Positions 48,684-59,702 are shown, numbered from the stretch's first letter. The stretch is DNA of 64,000 nucleotides from an uncultured bacterium (GCA_964588695.1 CAZPQK010000004.1:226304-290303), one strand, 5' to 3'. Made by a program: numbers and translations. The notes: generated by a model not told the origin, from the letters alone.

Positions 48684-51647
48684 CTACTTTCGCGCCTCAG
48701 GAATCATCGTGAACTCCATGCGTTTCCCATCTCGCATAACAACCACTTCAAGTGGTTTGCCCACTTTCACTGCGTCGAGGGCGTAGGTGTAATCATAGAT
48801 GTTCTTAATATCCTGGCCGCCAAATTTGACAATAATGTCACCAGCTTGCAGGCCTGCCTTTTCCGCCGGGCCGCCGGCGCGCACGCCCGACAGCAACAAC
48901 CCTTCAACATCGTCGCCGGCATAGTCGGGGATCGTCCCCGTGTAGGCACGCAGACCGCCGCGGCCACCGCTCTGTTGAGACTTGGTGGGTTCAACCTTCA
49001 CATAGTCAAGCTGGTCGGCAGTTTTGGTTAGCTCGGTGATGACACCAAGCGCCAGTTTACCAATCCTCTCCATACCCTCGTAGTCCAGACGGTCCGCATC
49101 GTCGGTCGGACGGTTGTAGTCTTCATGGCTTCCGGTGAAGAAGCTCGCGACCGGTATGCCCTTCGGATAAAACGCGGTCACATCCGTTGGCAAATATGGA
49201 TCTTCGCCTAGTTGCAGATCGAAGCCAGCGACGACGTTCTTGTGTTCGAAAATGCCTTTCCACACCGACGACGAACCGATCCCCTGAATCTTAAGCTTGT
49301 TGTCGCGTAAGCGGCCAACCATGTCGAAGTTAAGATACGCGGCAATTCTTTCGCGATCCTGGTCGGCACCTTTGGTTGTCGCCATGGTTGGATTAGCGAC
49401 AAAGTAGTTCGAACCGATAATGCCTAGTTCCTCACCCGACCAGAACGCCACAATCACTCCGCGTTGAAACGCGGTAGTGTCTTTGCGCATTTCGCTAAGC
49501 TGCTGTGCCAGTTCCAGAACGACGGCGGTGCCAGAAGCGTTGTCGTCTGCGCCGTTGTGAATCTTGCCTTCTTCGCCGCTCTTGGCAAGCGAGCCGATCT
49601 CGCCATATCCGATGTGGTCATAGTGCGCGCCGATAACAACATAGTCACCGTTTGCGTCGGCGGGCGGAATTACACCGACGACGTTACGGCCTTGCTTGGT
49701 TTCGCGTTTTACCGCGGTGGCCAACTGCAGCGACGCGTCTGGAATCGGAAAGTGTCCCAGAAAGTGTGGGTTCTCTCGGTCGAGTTCTTTTTGAATTTCT
49801 TCAAGCGACTTGTCGTGGTTTGCTAGCAGTGTGTTGGCGACGTTCGTTGTGATTGACGCGACCCCGATACCCGAACTCGCCAGGCTTTGATCGAAGCTTA
49901 GCCCGACCAGTTTGCCCGCGTTGGGCGAGGTCGGCCCGGTAACGACCAGGAGCGCTTTCGCGCCGTTCTCGCGGGCGATCATCGCCTTGTAGCGAAGGCC
50001 CGCGTAACGGTTTAGTGCCTGACGCCGCTCGGTAGATACATCCTCTGGTACATACCGCAGCACCATCACCACTTTGTCTTTCACATCAAGGCCGTCGTAC
50101 GAGTTGTACGATTCGCCGGCATCGCCGGGTACCCGCAGGCCGTAACCGGCAAACACCACGTCACCGGAAAACTCGCCGTTCTCGGAAAACGCTAGCGGAC
50201 GAAAGTCTTGTTCGACCGCGTACTTGACGTTCTTCCCGGCAACGGAAACTTGCAGGCCGCAATTTGCCTTGTCGACTTTCACCCCCGACGTAAACGGAAA
50301 CTCCTGAATGTACGACTTGCCGGAAAGCGGGGCGACTCCCATCTGTTCAAGCGACTCGGCCAGATACTTAGCCGCGGCCTTCTCGCCTTTGGTGCCGGTC
50401 ATGCGGCCTTCCATTTTGTCGCTGGCCAGGATTGATGCGTGATGACGCAAATCGTCCGCGCTAATCTCTACCGAGGTGGAACCGCCCCCGCTACCTGCGC
50501 CATGGGTTGCCGCCTCCTTTTGTACCGTCCCGCGTTCGGGTGCTTCGGCCAGCGCATTGAGAGCCGCTCGATGGTTCCAGTTACCCAAATAGACCTGGGA
50601 CATTCCACCGCTGCGGGTTGACGTCCATACCAGCTTTTTGCCGTCGGGAGAAAACACCGGCAGTCCGTCAAAACCATCGGTGTAGGTCACCCGCACGGGT
50701 TCTCGCGTTCCCATCGCGTCTACAATAAACACTTCAAAGTTTTCAAAGCCGTGCTTGTTGGTGGTGAACACCACGTACTCGCCGCTGGGATGAAAGTACG
50801 GCGCCCACGACATACTGGCGAAATCGGTGAGCTGGCGGCGGTCACTGCCGTCGAGTTTCATCGTATACACGTCAGCAACGGTGCCCTTTTCGCCAAAGTG
50901 TCTCCATACAATCCGCTCGCCGTCGGGCGAAAAGAACGGGCCGCCGTCATAACCAGGCCAGTTCGTGAGCCGAGTTTGGTTACTGCCATCCGCGTCCATC
51001 AAGTAAATCTCGCCAAAGTAGCTTGGGTCGTACTCGAGTCTCTTAGCGTCTTCGCTGGAAAGGTTGCTGGCGGGATACGCGTTGCGCATCGAGCAGAAAA
51101 CAATCTTACTGCCGTCGGGAGAGTAAGCGCCTTCGGCGTCGTATCCATTGGCATCGGTGAGTCGTTGTGTTTGGCTGCCGTCGCGCTGGGTGACGAAGAT
51201 GTCAAAAGACTCGTCGTAGTCCCACGCGTAACGACGTTCTTTCCCCGAAGCACGAAAATCGAGTTCGGCCTTCTGCTTAGCACGGGCGTCGGGGTCCAGG
51301 TGTGTGGACGCGAACAGCACTTCGTTGGTACCGGGTCGGAAGAAGGCGCAGGTGGTTTTCCCGTGTCCGGGCGAAACCCGATGCGTGTCTCCGCTAGTCA
51401 GGTCGAGCATAAAAATCTGGTAGAACGGATTGTCCGGATCTCGCTCGCTTTGAAAGATCAGCGCGTTCCCGTCGGGAGAAAAGTACGACTCGCCTGAGCG
51501 CCGTCCATCGAAGGTCAGCTGGCGGGCGTTTTCTATGAAGAGGTCGCCGCTGGCTTTCGCCGTTGTTGTGGCGGGGAAGGCGGCAGCGATCCAGGCTGCG
51601 GCAACCCAAAGGCCCAGGCCTCGCATTGTGGCTGTGAAGATAGTCAA
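48684..51647 (-). CDS. M28 peptidase with PD40/TolB repeats, PA domain and C-terminal PDZ
   Basis: FSPDG repeats; VFAGYG (PA); GAHYDH, GADDNASG, GEELG, NFDMVG (M28); GTIPDY...GPAEKAGLQAGDII (PDZ); TTG start with AAGGAG RBS. Confidence 0.92.
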   Translation of the reverse strand: MTIFTATMRGLGLWVAAAWIAAAFPATTTAKASGDLFIENARQLTFDGRRSGESYFSPDGNALIFQSERDPDNPFYQIFMLDLTSGDTHRVSPGHGKTTCAFFRPGTNEVLFASTHLDPDARAKQKAELDFRASGKERRYAWDYDESFDIFVTQRDGSQTQRLTDANGYDAEGAYSPDGSKIVFCSMRNAYPASNLSSEDAKRLEYDPSYFGEIYLMDADGSNQTRLTNWPGYDGGPFFSPDGERIVWRHFGEKGTVADVYTMKLDGSDRRQLTDFASMSWAPYFHPSGEYVVFTTNKHGFENFEVFIVDAMGTREPVRVTYTDGFDGLPVFSPDGKKLVWTSTRSGGMSQVYLGNWNHRAALNALAEAPERGTVQKEAATHGAGSGGGSTSVEISADDLRHHASILASDKMEGRMTGTKGEKAAAKYLAESLEQMGVAPLSGKSYIQEFPFTSGVKVDKANCGLQVSVAGKNVKYAVEQDFRPLAFSENGEFSGDVVFAGYGLRVPGDAGESYNSYDGLDVKDKVVMVLRYVPEDVSTERRQALNRYAGLRYKAMIARENGAKALLVVTGPTSPNAGKLVGLSFDQSLASSGIGVASITTNVANTLLANHDKSLEEIQKELDRENPHFLGHFPIPDASLQLATAVKRETKQGRNVVGVIPPADANGDYVVIGAHYDHIGYGEIGSLAKSGEEGKIHNGADDNASGTAVVLELAQQLSEMRKDTTAFQRGVIVAFWSGEELGIIGSNYFVANPTMATTKGADQDRERIAAYLNFDMVGRLRDNKLKIQGIGSSSVWKGIFEHKNVVAGFDLQLGEDPYLPTDVTAFYPKGIPVASFFTGSHEDYNRPTDDADRLDYEGMERIGKLALGVITELTKTADQLDYVKVEPTKSQQSGGRGGLRAYTGTIPDYAGDDVEGLLLSGVRAGGPAEKAGLQAGDIIVKFGGQDIKNIYDYTYALDAVKVGKPLEVVVMRDGKRMEFTMIPEARK

Positions 51648-51890
51648 TCGATGACTCCTTTTTATTGTGTTCGGGTGGGCTGGCGTTCCCGTCTCTTAAG
51701 ATACACCTTTATATATTGTCGTGAACCCAGACTTGGAAAAAATTCGATCCGGTGGAGCGTTGCTTCTTGTAGTGGACGCAGGTACCGACGGGAAGCTTTG
51801 CTAAGCTACCATAAAACAACGAGTTGATGAAATGGTTCCCTCGTTGAAGCACTGTAGTGATGCATTCGAACTACAGTTCGACAGCGATTC

Positions 51891-53138
51891 CTACTCCGCC
51901 AGGAGCCCCGAGACGATCTGGGCGAAAGAGCTAGTGAGGTCGCGATAGTGTTCACCTGTTCCGGGTCCGCTAAAACCGGTGTGGACGTGCCGCACGCGGT
52001 GCTGCTTGTCCAGGAAGATGGTGGTGGGGAACGAGCGGACGCGGTCTAGCTGGCCTAGCGTTGTGGTCGCTTCGGCCTTGTCTGAGTATCCCGCCACTAA
52101 TAATGGGTATCCGATATTGTAGCGATCACGAAACTTCTTAACCTGTTCGGTCGCGCGTTCGTCACGAAAGTGTTCGAACATCAGCCCAACAATCTCGACG
52201 CCCTTCTTTTTGTTCTCTCGGTAGAACTCGCTTAGAAAGGCGGCTTCGTCGTGGCAGTTGGGGCACCAACTGCCAGCGATGGTCACCAGCACAACTTTTC
52301 CGTCAAAGCGGCTGTCGGCAAGCGAGACGGTTTTGCCCTTGAGGTCGGGAAAGGAAAACGTAAACGCATCGTTGGCCACGGTGAGTGTGGTCGCCGCGAA
52401 CGCGTCTTCCAGCGTCGCGTCTTCGTCGCGTTCCGCTGTCCAGGTTTCATGCCACTTGGTGCCCGACCAGAAGTCACCCGCAAGTGTCCCATCAGCTTGC
52501 ATGGTTGCGCGGAACAGAAACGCGTGGGCGCCGTCGAAACAACTTAAGCTCATCACATCGCCGGAAACGTCGCCAGCCAGGTACCGATAGTCGCCGGTTG
52601 GGGTCAGAAATGTTCCAAACACCAGGCCCCCTTCGCGGCGGAACTCGCCGATGGCAGGCGAAGTGTTGCCGTCGTCATCGCGAAACGTTACCGCCCAGCG
52701 ACCATCCAGCTCAAACCCCGACGGCATGGTCGCCGGCTTGAACCAGTAGCCCTGCGCGTATTCTGCGCGAAACGGCATCTCCTGGATGTCGCCGCCGCGC
52801 TTGGTCAGTCGTAGGGATCCCGTTAGTACTCCGTTGTCGATGGTCGCCGCGATTACCGAGTTGAATGCCCCCATGCGAAGTTCCATATTGGTGTCGGTAA
52901 CGGTTACGTCGTCGACGGGCACTCGCTCGACCCCGTTAATTAGCACCGCGTCCGGGTTGCGACCATCGGACAGCTCGAACTGAAATCGTAGCGGGCCGCC
53001 GGGCAAAGTGACCTCGGCCTGCCACACGCCGCGCGGAATTGGGAAGGAGTGCCGTTTGGTGTCGCCGTCGCCCGACGAGCAGCCGCCGATGATCACAACG
53101 CCAACCAGTGCGAATAATGTCCGAAAAATCCAAATCAC
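51891..53138 (-). CDS. TlpA/peroxiredoxin-like thioredoxin-fold lipoprotein
   Basis: IIGGC lipobox; GSWCPNCHDE; FPTTIFLD; GTG 53138 with GGAG RBS. Confidence 0.85.
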   Translation of the reverse strand: MIWIFRTLFALVGVVIIGGCSSGDGDTKRHSFPIPRGVWQAEVTLPGGPLRFQFELSDGRNPDAVLINGVERVPVDDVTVTDTNMELRMGAFNSVIAATIDNGVLTGSLRLTKRGGDIQEMPFRAEYAQGYWFKPATMPSGFELDGRWAVTFRDDDGNTSPAIGEFRREGGLVFGTFLTPTGDYRYLAGDVSGDVMSLSCFDGAHAFLFRATMQADGTLAGDFWSGTKWHETWTAERDEDATLEDAFAATTLTVANDAFTFSFPDLKGKTVSLADSRFDGKVVLVTIAGSWCPNCHDEAAFLSEFYRENKKKGVEIVGLMFEHFRDERATEQVKKFRDRYNIGYPLLVAGYSDKAEATTTLGQLDRVRSFPTTIFLDKQHRVRHVHTGFSGPGTGEHYRDLTSSFAQIVSGLLAE

Positions 53139-53252
53139 GTTGCTACTCCGGTGAACTTGAGCGGTCTGGGCGAGGCCGTGGCTTTTGAACCGTGGCCGCT
53201 TCATGGTGTATCATACACCGTAACTTTAACCCCTGGAACCCCAGAGCAGTTT

Positions 53253-55187
53253 ATGTCGGTCCCATCCCTTGAAGAGCTACGAGCCGCGATCGCGGCCGCC
53301 CCGGACAACTCCACCGAAAAGGTTGACGCGCTACTGGAGTACGGCTGGGTATTCTGGCGTGGCGACACCCACAGCACCCTCGCCGCCAACGAAGAAGCGC
53401 TGCAAATTTCGGAAAAGATTGGCTACGACTACGGTCGCAACCGGGCGATGCAGGCGCTGGCGTGGCAAAAGTTCGGCCGCTCCGATCCAAAGAAAGCCCT
53501 CGAGATTGTAAAAGAGTGCCTGGCGTGGTTCGAAGCACAAGGTGATACGTACGGCATGGGCGAGTCGATTCTTGGCCTGGCGTTCATGTACTGGGGGTTC
53601 GGCGATTTCGAGCGAGGGTTTCAACAAGCCCACCGGGCAGCCGACCTCGCAAAGGAAACCAACAACGACCAGAGTCTGGCGTGGGTTTCGGCAACGCTGG
53701 GCGGGTTCTACTTTGACTTCAACGACTACGAGCTCTCGCTGGAGTATCAGCGCAAAGCTTACGAGTTGTTCGAGACACTGGGTGATGATTCTGGCGGTGG
53801 CCGTGCACTCAACGGCATCGGTAACGCGCTGTTTAAGATGGGAAAGGTTGAAGAAGCGCAGGGCTATCAAGACCGCAGCTTGCGAATACATCAACTTAAC
53901 GAAAACCCCTACGGCGAAGCCAAGACGCTCAACGACATCGGCCTGATTTTGCAGGCGCAAGACCGCTGGGAAGAAGCACAGACCGCGCACGAGCAATCGC
54001 TTGCGCTGCGCGAAATGCTCGACTACACGATTGGTATTTCCACCTGTTTGCTAGATTTGGGTGTCGTGCACCTGGCGCTTCGCAACTACGACAAGTGCGA
54101 GTCGTATCTCAATCGCGCGCTGTACGTTTCCGAACAGATCAACGCGAAACCCAAAATGTGCCGCGCGCACGAACTGTTGTCTCAGCTCTATCGCGACCGC
54201 GCGCAGTTCGACGTTGCGATCACACATTACGAAAACTTCCATCGGCTTACCGAAGAAGTGTTTAACCAGAATAGTGATCAGCGTCTTAAGTCAATGCGAA
54301 CCCTGTTTGAGCTGGAAAACGCGGAGAAAGAAAAAGAGATCGTGCGATTGCGCAATGTCGAGCTGAAGCAGGCCAACGACGAGTTGTCGCAAACGCTGAA
54401 GAAGCTCAGCTCCACGCAGGCGCAGCTGCTGCAGGCGGGAAAGATGGCGGCGCTCGGAAACCTGGTTGCCGGGGTCGCGCACGAAATGAACACACCGCTG
54501 GGCGCCATCCTAAGCTCGGCTGACGGCAACGGCCGCGCCGCTGATCGGCTAAAAGGCGCGGTCGGAAAATCTCCTGAAGACCGTGATGTTGACCGTCTGC
54601 TCGACGTGATTCGTGTGAACTCGACCACTATGCGCGATGGCGCCGAGCGGGTGCAAAAAATTGTCGAAAGCCTGCGCCGTTTCGTGCGGCTGGATGAAGC
54701 CGCGTTTCAACTCGCCGACATCGAAGAGATGATTTCCAGTACGCTGGTGTTAATCTCCAACGAAATCGCCCCCGAGGTTCGAGTTTGCGAGAACTACGCC
54801 AAGGTTCCCGAGATCTACTGTTATCCCAGCGACCTTAACCAGGTGTTCATGAACATCCTGCTTAATGCGGCGCAAGCAACTCCGGAGAAAGGCGAGATTC
54901 ACATTACGACTCGCGCCAATACGGAGAACGTTTTTGTCGAAATTGCCGACACGGGAAGGGGAATCGCCGCAGAAAAGCTCGATCGTTTGTTCGAACCCGG
55001 GTTTACTGACAGTGGGTCAACCGTGCGCATGCGCACCGGCCTGTACACCAGCTACAACATCGTTAGAACTCACTACGGCGAAATAACCGTCGATAGCGAA
55101 CGGGGAAAGGGAACCACCTTTACCATCAGGCTGCCGCAACGCCTTGACGAACTCATCGCCAAAGAGGCGAGCAATCTCTCGGGCTAG
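53253..55187 (+). CDS. Cytoplasmic TPR-repeat sensor histidine kinase
   Basis: Multiple TPRs, coiled coil, AGVAHEMNTP (H box), NQVFMNILLNA, DTGRGI; no TM segment. Confidence 0.9.
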   Translation: MSVPSLEELRAAIAAAPDNSTEKVDALLEYGWVFWRGDTHSTLAANEEALQISEKIGYDYGRNRAMQALAWQKFGRSDPKKALEIVKECLAWFEAQGDTYGMGESILGLAFMYWGFGDFERGFQQAHRAADLAKETNNDQSLAWVSATLGGFYFDFNDYELSLEYQRKAYELFETLGDDSGGGRALNGIGNALFKMGKVEEAQGYQDRSLRIHQLNENPYGEAKTLNDIGLILQAQDRWEEAQTAHEQSLALREMLDYTIGISTCLLDLGVVHLALRNYDKCESYLNRALYVSEQINAKPKMCRAHELLSQLYRDRAQFDVAITHYENFHRLTEEVFNQNSDQRLKSMRTLFELENAEKEKEIVRLRNVELKQANDELSQTLKKLSSTQAQLLQAGKMAALGNLVAGVAHEMNTPLGAILSSADGNGRAADRLKGAVGKSPEDRDVDRLLDVIRVNSTTMRDGAERVQKIVESLRRFVRLDEAAFQLADIEEMISSTLVLISNEIAPEVRVCENYAKVPEIYCYPSDLNQVFMNILLNAAQATPEKGEIHITTRANTENVFVEIADTGRGIAAEKLDRLFEPGFTDSGSTVRMRTGLYTSYNIVRTHYGEITVDSERGKGTTFTIRLPQRLDELIAKEASNLSG

Positions 55188-56425
55188 CGAGGTTTGCCCA
55201 GCAGTCGCAAGAACGTTAGCGGAGAAACCAGGCGTCGACGCTGTGAGACACCGTCTTCGGTGGTCATGCTTTGAAACCAACGCAATACTTCCGGGTGAGC
55301 TGCGCCGCGACCAATGAGGAAGTTGATTGCCGGCCCCCATTGCGCCATCGTGCGAAGACGATAATGTAACTTAAGTTCGTCGCGATCTACGGCCGCCCAC
55401 ATTCGTCGTGGGTAGTCGCTTAAGTCCAACACATTCGCGGTGCTCGCCGCTGTGGCTGCGGCTTTTTCGGCAATCACTTGAGCCGCGACGTGCGCCGCGC
55501 ACATTGCGTTGCCGATACCTTCGCCAGAAAACGGATCTACCAGACCAGCCGCGTCACCCACCATTAAGAACCCGCGTCCCGCGATGGTTCGCGAGAAGTC
55601 GGGCGTAGGCAAGTTCCAGCCGTGGATGTCGCCGACCTGATCGGCGCGCTCGAAGCGGTCACGAAAGCGGGGCGAGGCCACTACGCGCTCATGCACAAAC
55701 CGAAGTCGCTCGCCTTGGGCTTTCATGCGACCATGCACCATCCCGAGCCCAACGTTGGCGATACCGTCGCCGGTAGGGAAGATCCAGAGAAACCCGGGAA
55801 GTGAATCTTTTACGTAGTGAACCTCCACCGTCTGGGGGGCGACGTCGAGGTTTCTGTAGTATGCACGCGTTGCCACCCACCACTTGGACGAATGGCGATA
55901 GCTATCCAGCTTGCGGGAGACTATGGAGTTAAAACCATCGGCGCCGACAACCGCGCGCGCGAAAACATCGCGCGTCCTGGCATTGTGGAGTACGCGAACC
56001 CCTACGACCGTATCGCCACTACGTATCAGATCAGTGACATTAGCTTCTTGCCAGGTCTCACAAGTTCTTGCCGCCGCGTCCCAAAGCACGTTGTCAAAGA
56101 TCTCGCGACGACACACCATGTGTGGTTGGTCGGGCGTGCGCTCGGGGTTAAGGTCAACAAACAAGTTGGTGCCATCGGGCGACCCCAGGACGGCTGCACC
56201 GATGGGTTCGTGCGGGACCAACTCGAAAGCATCGATCAATCCCAAGTCGCGCAAGTAGCCCACGGCCTTGCGAGCGATCGCGTCGCCGCAAATCTTGTCG
56301 CGGGGAAACCGGCGTTTGTCCAGCAGTAACACCTTAAGCCCCGCGCGAGCCGCGTACAGCGCGGTCGTTGCACCTGCGGGGCCGCCGCCGACAATCACGA
56401 CATCATATGCGGGTCGCGCGCACAT
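55184..56425 (-). CDS. Geranylgeranyl reductase-family FAD oxidoreductase
   Basis: DVVIVGGGPAG, FPRDKICGD, GADG, WIFP, VGDAAGLVDPFSGEGI. Confidence 0.88.
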   Translation of the reverse strand: MCARPAYDVVIVGGGPAGATTALYAARAGLKVLLLDKRRFPRDKICGDAIARKAVGYLRDLGLIDAFELVPHEPIGAAVLGSPDGTNLFVDLNPERTPDQPHMVCRREIFDNVLWDAAARTCETWQEANVTDLIRSGDTVVGVRVLHNARTRDVFARAVVGADGFNSIVSRKLDSYRHSSKWWVATRAYYRNLDVAPQTVEVHYVKDSLPGFLWIFPTGDGIANVGLGMVHGRMKAQGERLRFVHERVVASPRFRDRFERADQVGDIHGWNLPTPDFSRTIAGRGFLMVGDAAGLVDPFSGEGIGNAMCAAHVAAQVIAEKAAATAASTANVLDLSDYPRRMWAAVDRDELKLHYRLRTMAQWGPAINFLIGRGAAHPEVLRWFQSMTTEDGVSQRRRLVSPLTFLRLLGKPR

Positions 56426-56817
56426 CAGACCGATCGCACCACCGCAATGCCAGCGAACACGGCTCCGACACCAACGATAACCTGTAACAGCACATTAATA
56501 CCGGCGCGCGCGCTGTGGCCGTCGCGCAGCATTGCGGCGGTTTCGTTGCCGAATGCGGAAAACGTTGTGAAACCGCCGAGCAAGCCGACTAAAAGGAACA
56601 GTACCCAAGGCGTCGTCGTCGATGTTTTGCCCACCGCCCACGCTCCAAAGGCGCCGACGGCAAAGCAGCCAATCAGGTTCACTGCAAGGGTACCGATTGG
56701 AAAGCCCCAAACGATGCTTGTGCGTTGGGTGGCCAGCGAAACAGCGTAGCGTAGCACGGAGCCGACGAAACCACCGGCTCCCACCCACAAGAGATGATGA
56801 ACGGCGAATTTTTCCAT
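56425..56817 (-). CDS. crcB: Fluoride efflux channel CrcB/FluC
   Basis: GGFVGSVLRY, FPIGTLAVNLIGC, GLLGGFTTFSAF. Confidence 0.95.
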   Translation of the reverse strand: MEKFAVHHLLWVGAGGFVGSVLRYAVSLATQRTSIVWGFPIGTLAVNLIGCFAVGAFGAWAVGKTSTTTPWVLFLLVGLLGGFTTFSAFGNETAAMLRDGHSARAGINVLLQVIVGVGAVFAGIAVVRSV

Positions 56818-56932
56818 GCGGCAAGGATAGCGCATCGCACGCCAGCCGGGGGCACTTTTGCGCGATAAATCCCTTTAGCCATTACCGCGCGTGGTCGATA
56901 ACTCGGTGAGCCCGCGTTGCGGGGAGCAATTC

Positions 56933-57973
56933 ATGACCACGACCATCGAAACCGAAACAATCACACGCGGCGGTACCCGCAAAGAAGACGCCGCGACGCT
57001 GATCGCGCGAATTCGCGACGGAAAGGCCAGCGGTCGGTCGGCTGACCTCCGTGGAGCGAATCTGGCGGGGTGCGATTTGTCGCAGTTGGACCTCAGCGCG
57101 GCCAACTTTGATGATGCGGATCTTAGCCGAGCCAACATGGCGGGTACGCGATTATTCAAAGCGTCGCTCGAAAACGCCAACCTTGCGGGCGCCGACCTGA
57201 CGGGAGCGGAACTGACGGGTGCCAATCTGCGCGGTGCAGTTATGGAAAGTGCGCGGTTGGCGAACGCCGGGTTGGGATCGGCCGACCTGAAGGGTGCGAG
57301 CCTGTTTCGCGCGGCGCTTGACGAGGCCGCGATCAGTAAGTCAAACCTGAAGGGCGCGGACTTGCGTGCGGCGTCGCTTAAGAACGTACGTTTGCGCGAA
57401 TCGGACCTTACCAACGTGGACGCCGCCAACGCTGATCTTAGCGGCGTTGACCTAACCGACAGCACAGTCGCGGGCGCTAACTTTCTGCACGTCGACTTAC
57501 GGCAGGCCAAACTTCGCGGGGTGCGAGGATTCGAAAAGGCTGGATGGATTGGGGTCGACGTCGGTGACATAAACTTTGCGGGCGCATACAGCTTGCGGCG
57601 CTTTATTATCGACCAGAACTATCTGCAGGAGTTTCGGGAGCGCAGTCGGTGGTCGGGCTATGTTTATTGGTTCTGGAAGGCCACCAGTGACTGCGGCCGT
57701 AGCGCGAGTTTGTGGTGTGCGTGGATCGCAGCGCTCGTGGTTGGTTTCGCGGCCGCGTACATGCAATTGGAAATGTCATGGGGGCCGGGGCAGTCGTGGG
57801 TGACGGCGCTCTACTACAGCGTGGTGACGGTCACAACGCTTGGTTATGGCGACATTCTTCCGCTATCGAAGGCGGCGCAAGTTGTGGCCACCATACAAGT
57901 TATCTTTGGCTACGTCATGTTGGGCGGGTTGTTGTCGATTCTTAGCAACAAGATGGCGCGCCGCGGCGAATAG
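56933..57973 (+). CDS. Pentapeptide-repeat protein fused to a two-TM K+-channel-like pore
   Basis: A(D/N)L-type pentapeptide repeats over about 200 aa, then ALYYSVVTVTTLGYGD. Confidence 0.88.
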   Translation: MTTTIETETITRGGTRKEDAATLIARIRDGKASGRSADLRGANLAGCDLSQLDLSAANFDDADLSRANMAGTRLFKASLENANLAGADLTGAELTGANLRGAVMESARLANAGLGSADLKGASLFRAALDEAAISKSNLKGADLRAASLKNVRLRESDLTNVDAANADLSGVDLTDSTVAGANFLHVDLRQAKLRGVRGFEKAGWIGVDVGDINFAGAYSLRRFIIDQNYLQEFRERSRWSGYVYWFWKATSDCGRSASLWCAWIAALVVGFAAAYMQLEMSWGPGQSWVTALYYSVVTVTTLGYGDILPLSKAAQVVATIQVIFGYVMLGGLLSILSNKMARRGE

Positions 57974-58830
57974 TGAAGGGGAGTCAAGTGGGACTGAAAC
58001 TTTTTCGATCATCCAGCAAGCCCCAGGACGCGCTTGTGCAAGCCGTTGCGGACTACGAACTACCGTCATTTCCCGACGCGGCCATGAACGTTCTGTCGCT
58101 ACTGCGCGATGCCAGTGCTTCGGGCGATACCATTGCCGCCGAAATCGAACTCGATCCCAACATGCACATTCAGGTATTGCGAGTGGTTAACTCCGCCGCC
58201 TATGGGTTGTCCACCGAAGTTACCAACGTGCAGCACGCGGTCGCGCTTTTAGGTAACGCGCAGATAGAAGCGCTGGTTACCGCACTTGCAGTGGCCAGCA
58301 CCGTACCCACGGGTGAGTCGGCGGGCTTCGACATCTCCCGCTTCTGGCGAGTAGCTTGTGAGCGCGGCGCGGTGGCGCGGGCGCTTGCCTCCGGTGCGCG
58401 CTTGCGCGGCGGCGGCGACGCTTTTACAAGTGGGCTGTTGCAGGACGTCGGGTTGCCGGTATTGGCCGAAGTCAAGGGTAGCGAGTTTGTTGACTTGTAT
58501 CATCGTTATCTGGAAAACCGCGACGACGACTTGATTGCCATGGAGCGCGAAGCGTTTGGCATAGACCACGCAGAAGTTGGCGGGATGGTAGCACAGGCGT
58601 GGGGATTACCCGAGACGTTGGTAACGACGATTCGCGATCATCACCTGCCGGTCGACATCGACAGTCCGCATTTGGTTGCACACTTGGTGAGTGTTCTCGA
58701 AGGCGCAGACGACCGCCATGCGCTTACCGAAAAAACGGTAGCGCTCTTGGGCAAGTCACACGACGAATGGAATAATGTGTTTGCCGAAGCACTTGAATCT
58801 GCCGACGCCCTGTTCGGCGTGTTTCACTAA
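57973..58830 (+). CDS. HDOD domain protein
   Basis: LPSFP, IELDP....[28 protein letters not shown].....WGLP, HH. Confidence 0.9.
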   Translation: MKGSQVGLKLFRSSSKPQDALVQAVADYELPSFPDAAMNVLSLLRDASASGDTIAAEIELDPNMHIQVLRVVNSAAYGLSTEVTNVQHAVALLGNAQIEALVTALAVASTVPTGESAGFDISRFWRVACERGAVARALASGARLRGGGDAFTSGLLQDVGLPVLAEVKGSEFVDLYHRYLENRDDDLIAMEREAFGIDHAEVGGMVAQAWGLPETLVTTIRDHHLPVDIDSPHLVAHLVSVLEGADDRHALTEKTVALLGKSHDEWNNVFAEALESADALFGVFH

Positions 58831-59618
58831 CCGTCGCCGTCTAACAGGTCGCCGAGTCCGCCAAGAATCGATCCTTCGCCCTGACGGCGGCCGCCACCCG
58901 AAGGTGCTTGTGCCAGAATGCGGTCAGCGAGTCGAGCGAAAGGCAAGCTTTGCAACATCACTTTGCCGTGGCCACGAAGCGTCGCCAGAAACAAACCTTC
59001 GCCACCAAAGAACATCGACTTAAGTCCACCAGCGCGCTCGATGTTGTACTCCACCGACTCGTCAAACGCCACCAGGCACCCGGTGTCAACGCGTAGGGTC
59101 TCGCCCTTGAGCTCGCGCGTCACTACAGTGCCTCCTGCGTGGACAAACGCCATGCCGTCGCCGTCCAGGCGCTGCAGGATGAAACCTTCACCGCCAAAGA
59201 AGCCGGTCCCCAGCTTGCGTTGAAATGCGATACCCAACTTGGTGCCGAACGCCGCGCACAGGAAAGCATCCTTCTGGCAAAGCAAGCTGCCCGGGATTTC
59301 TGAAAGGTTGATGGGAATGATCTTGCCGGGGTAGGGAGCGGCAAATGCAACGCGCGATTTTCCCTGGCCGGTATGTGTGAAGTGCGTCATGAACAGCGAC
59401 TCACCGGTTAGCACTCGCTTGCCCACGTTTAGCAGCTTGCCCATGAGTCCCTGGTCGGCCGTAGAGCCGTCGCCCATTTTGGCTTCGAACGAAATCCCGG
59501 GTTCCATGTAGTTCATTGCACCCGCTTCGGCGATAACGGTCTCGCCGGGGTCTAGCTCGATTTCGACGATCTGCATGTCGTCGCCGAATATTTCGTAGTC
59601 GATTTCGTGGCTTGGCAT
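58827..59618 (-). CDS. TIGR00266/AIM24 family protein
   Basis: [46 protein letters not shown]. Confidence 0.92.
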   Translation of the reverse strand: MPSHEIDYEIFGDDMQIVEIELDPGETVIAEAGAMNYMEPGISFEAKMGDGSTADQGLMGKLLNVGKRVLTGESLFMTHFTHTGQGKSRVAFAAPYPGKIIPINLSEIPGSLLCQKDAFLCAAFGTKLGIAFQRKLGTGFFGGEGFILQRLDGDGMAFVHAGGTVVTRELKGETLRVDTGCLVAFDESVEYNIERAGGLKSMFFGGEGLFLATLRGHGKVMLQSLPFARLADRILAQAPSGGGRRQGEGSILGGLGDLLDGDG

Positions 59619-59702
59619 GTGTCCTCCGTTTTATGTCTGTACCAATTCTACTGCCGATTATTCACGCCCATCGGCTGGTCCGCAACCCACAATCGGGGGT
59701 TG

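Noticed and set aside
51648-51890. Short inverted repeats in the gap between the M28 peptidase and TlpA genes (ACTGTAG/CTACAGT, AACGAG/CTCGTT)
   Set aside because: Stems of 6-7 bp are compatible with chance or ordinary terminator/promoter structure; no known RNA motif
56818-56900. Fluoride riboswitch upstream of crcB
   Set aside because: A GGUAAUGG-like start is present on the minus strand, but the paired UUCNCC and the GCUGAUGAC...UAC 3' elements were not found; the gap is short and shared with a divergent gene
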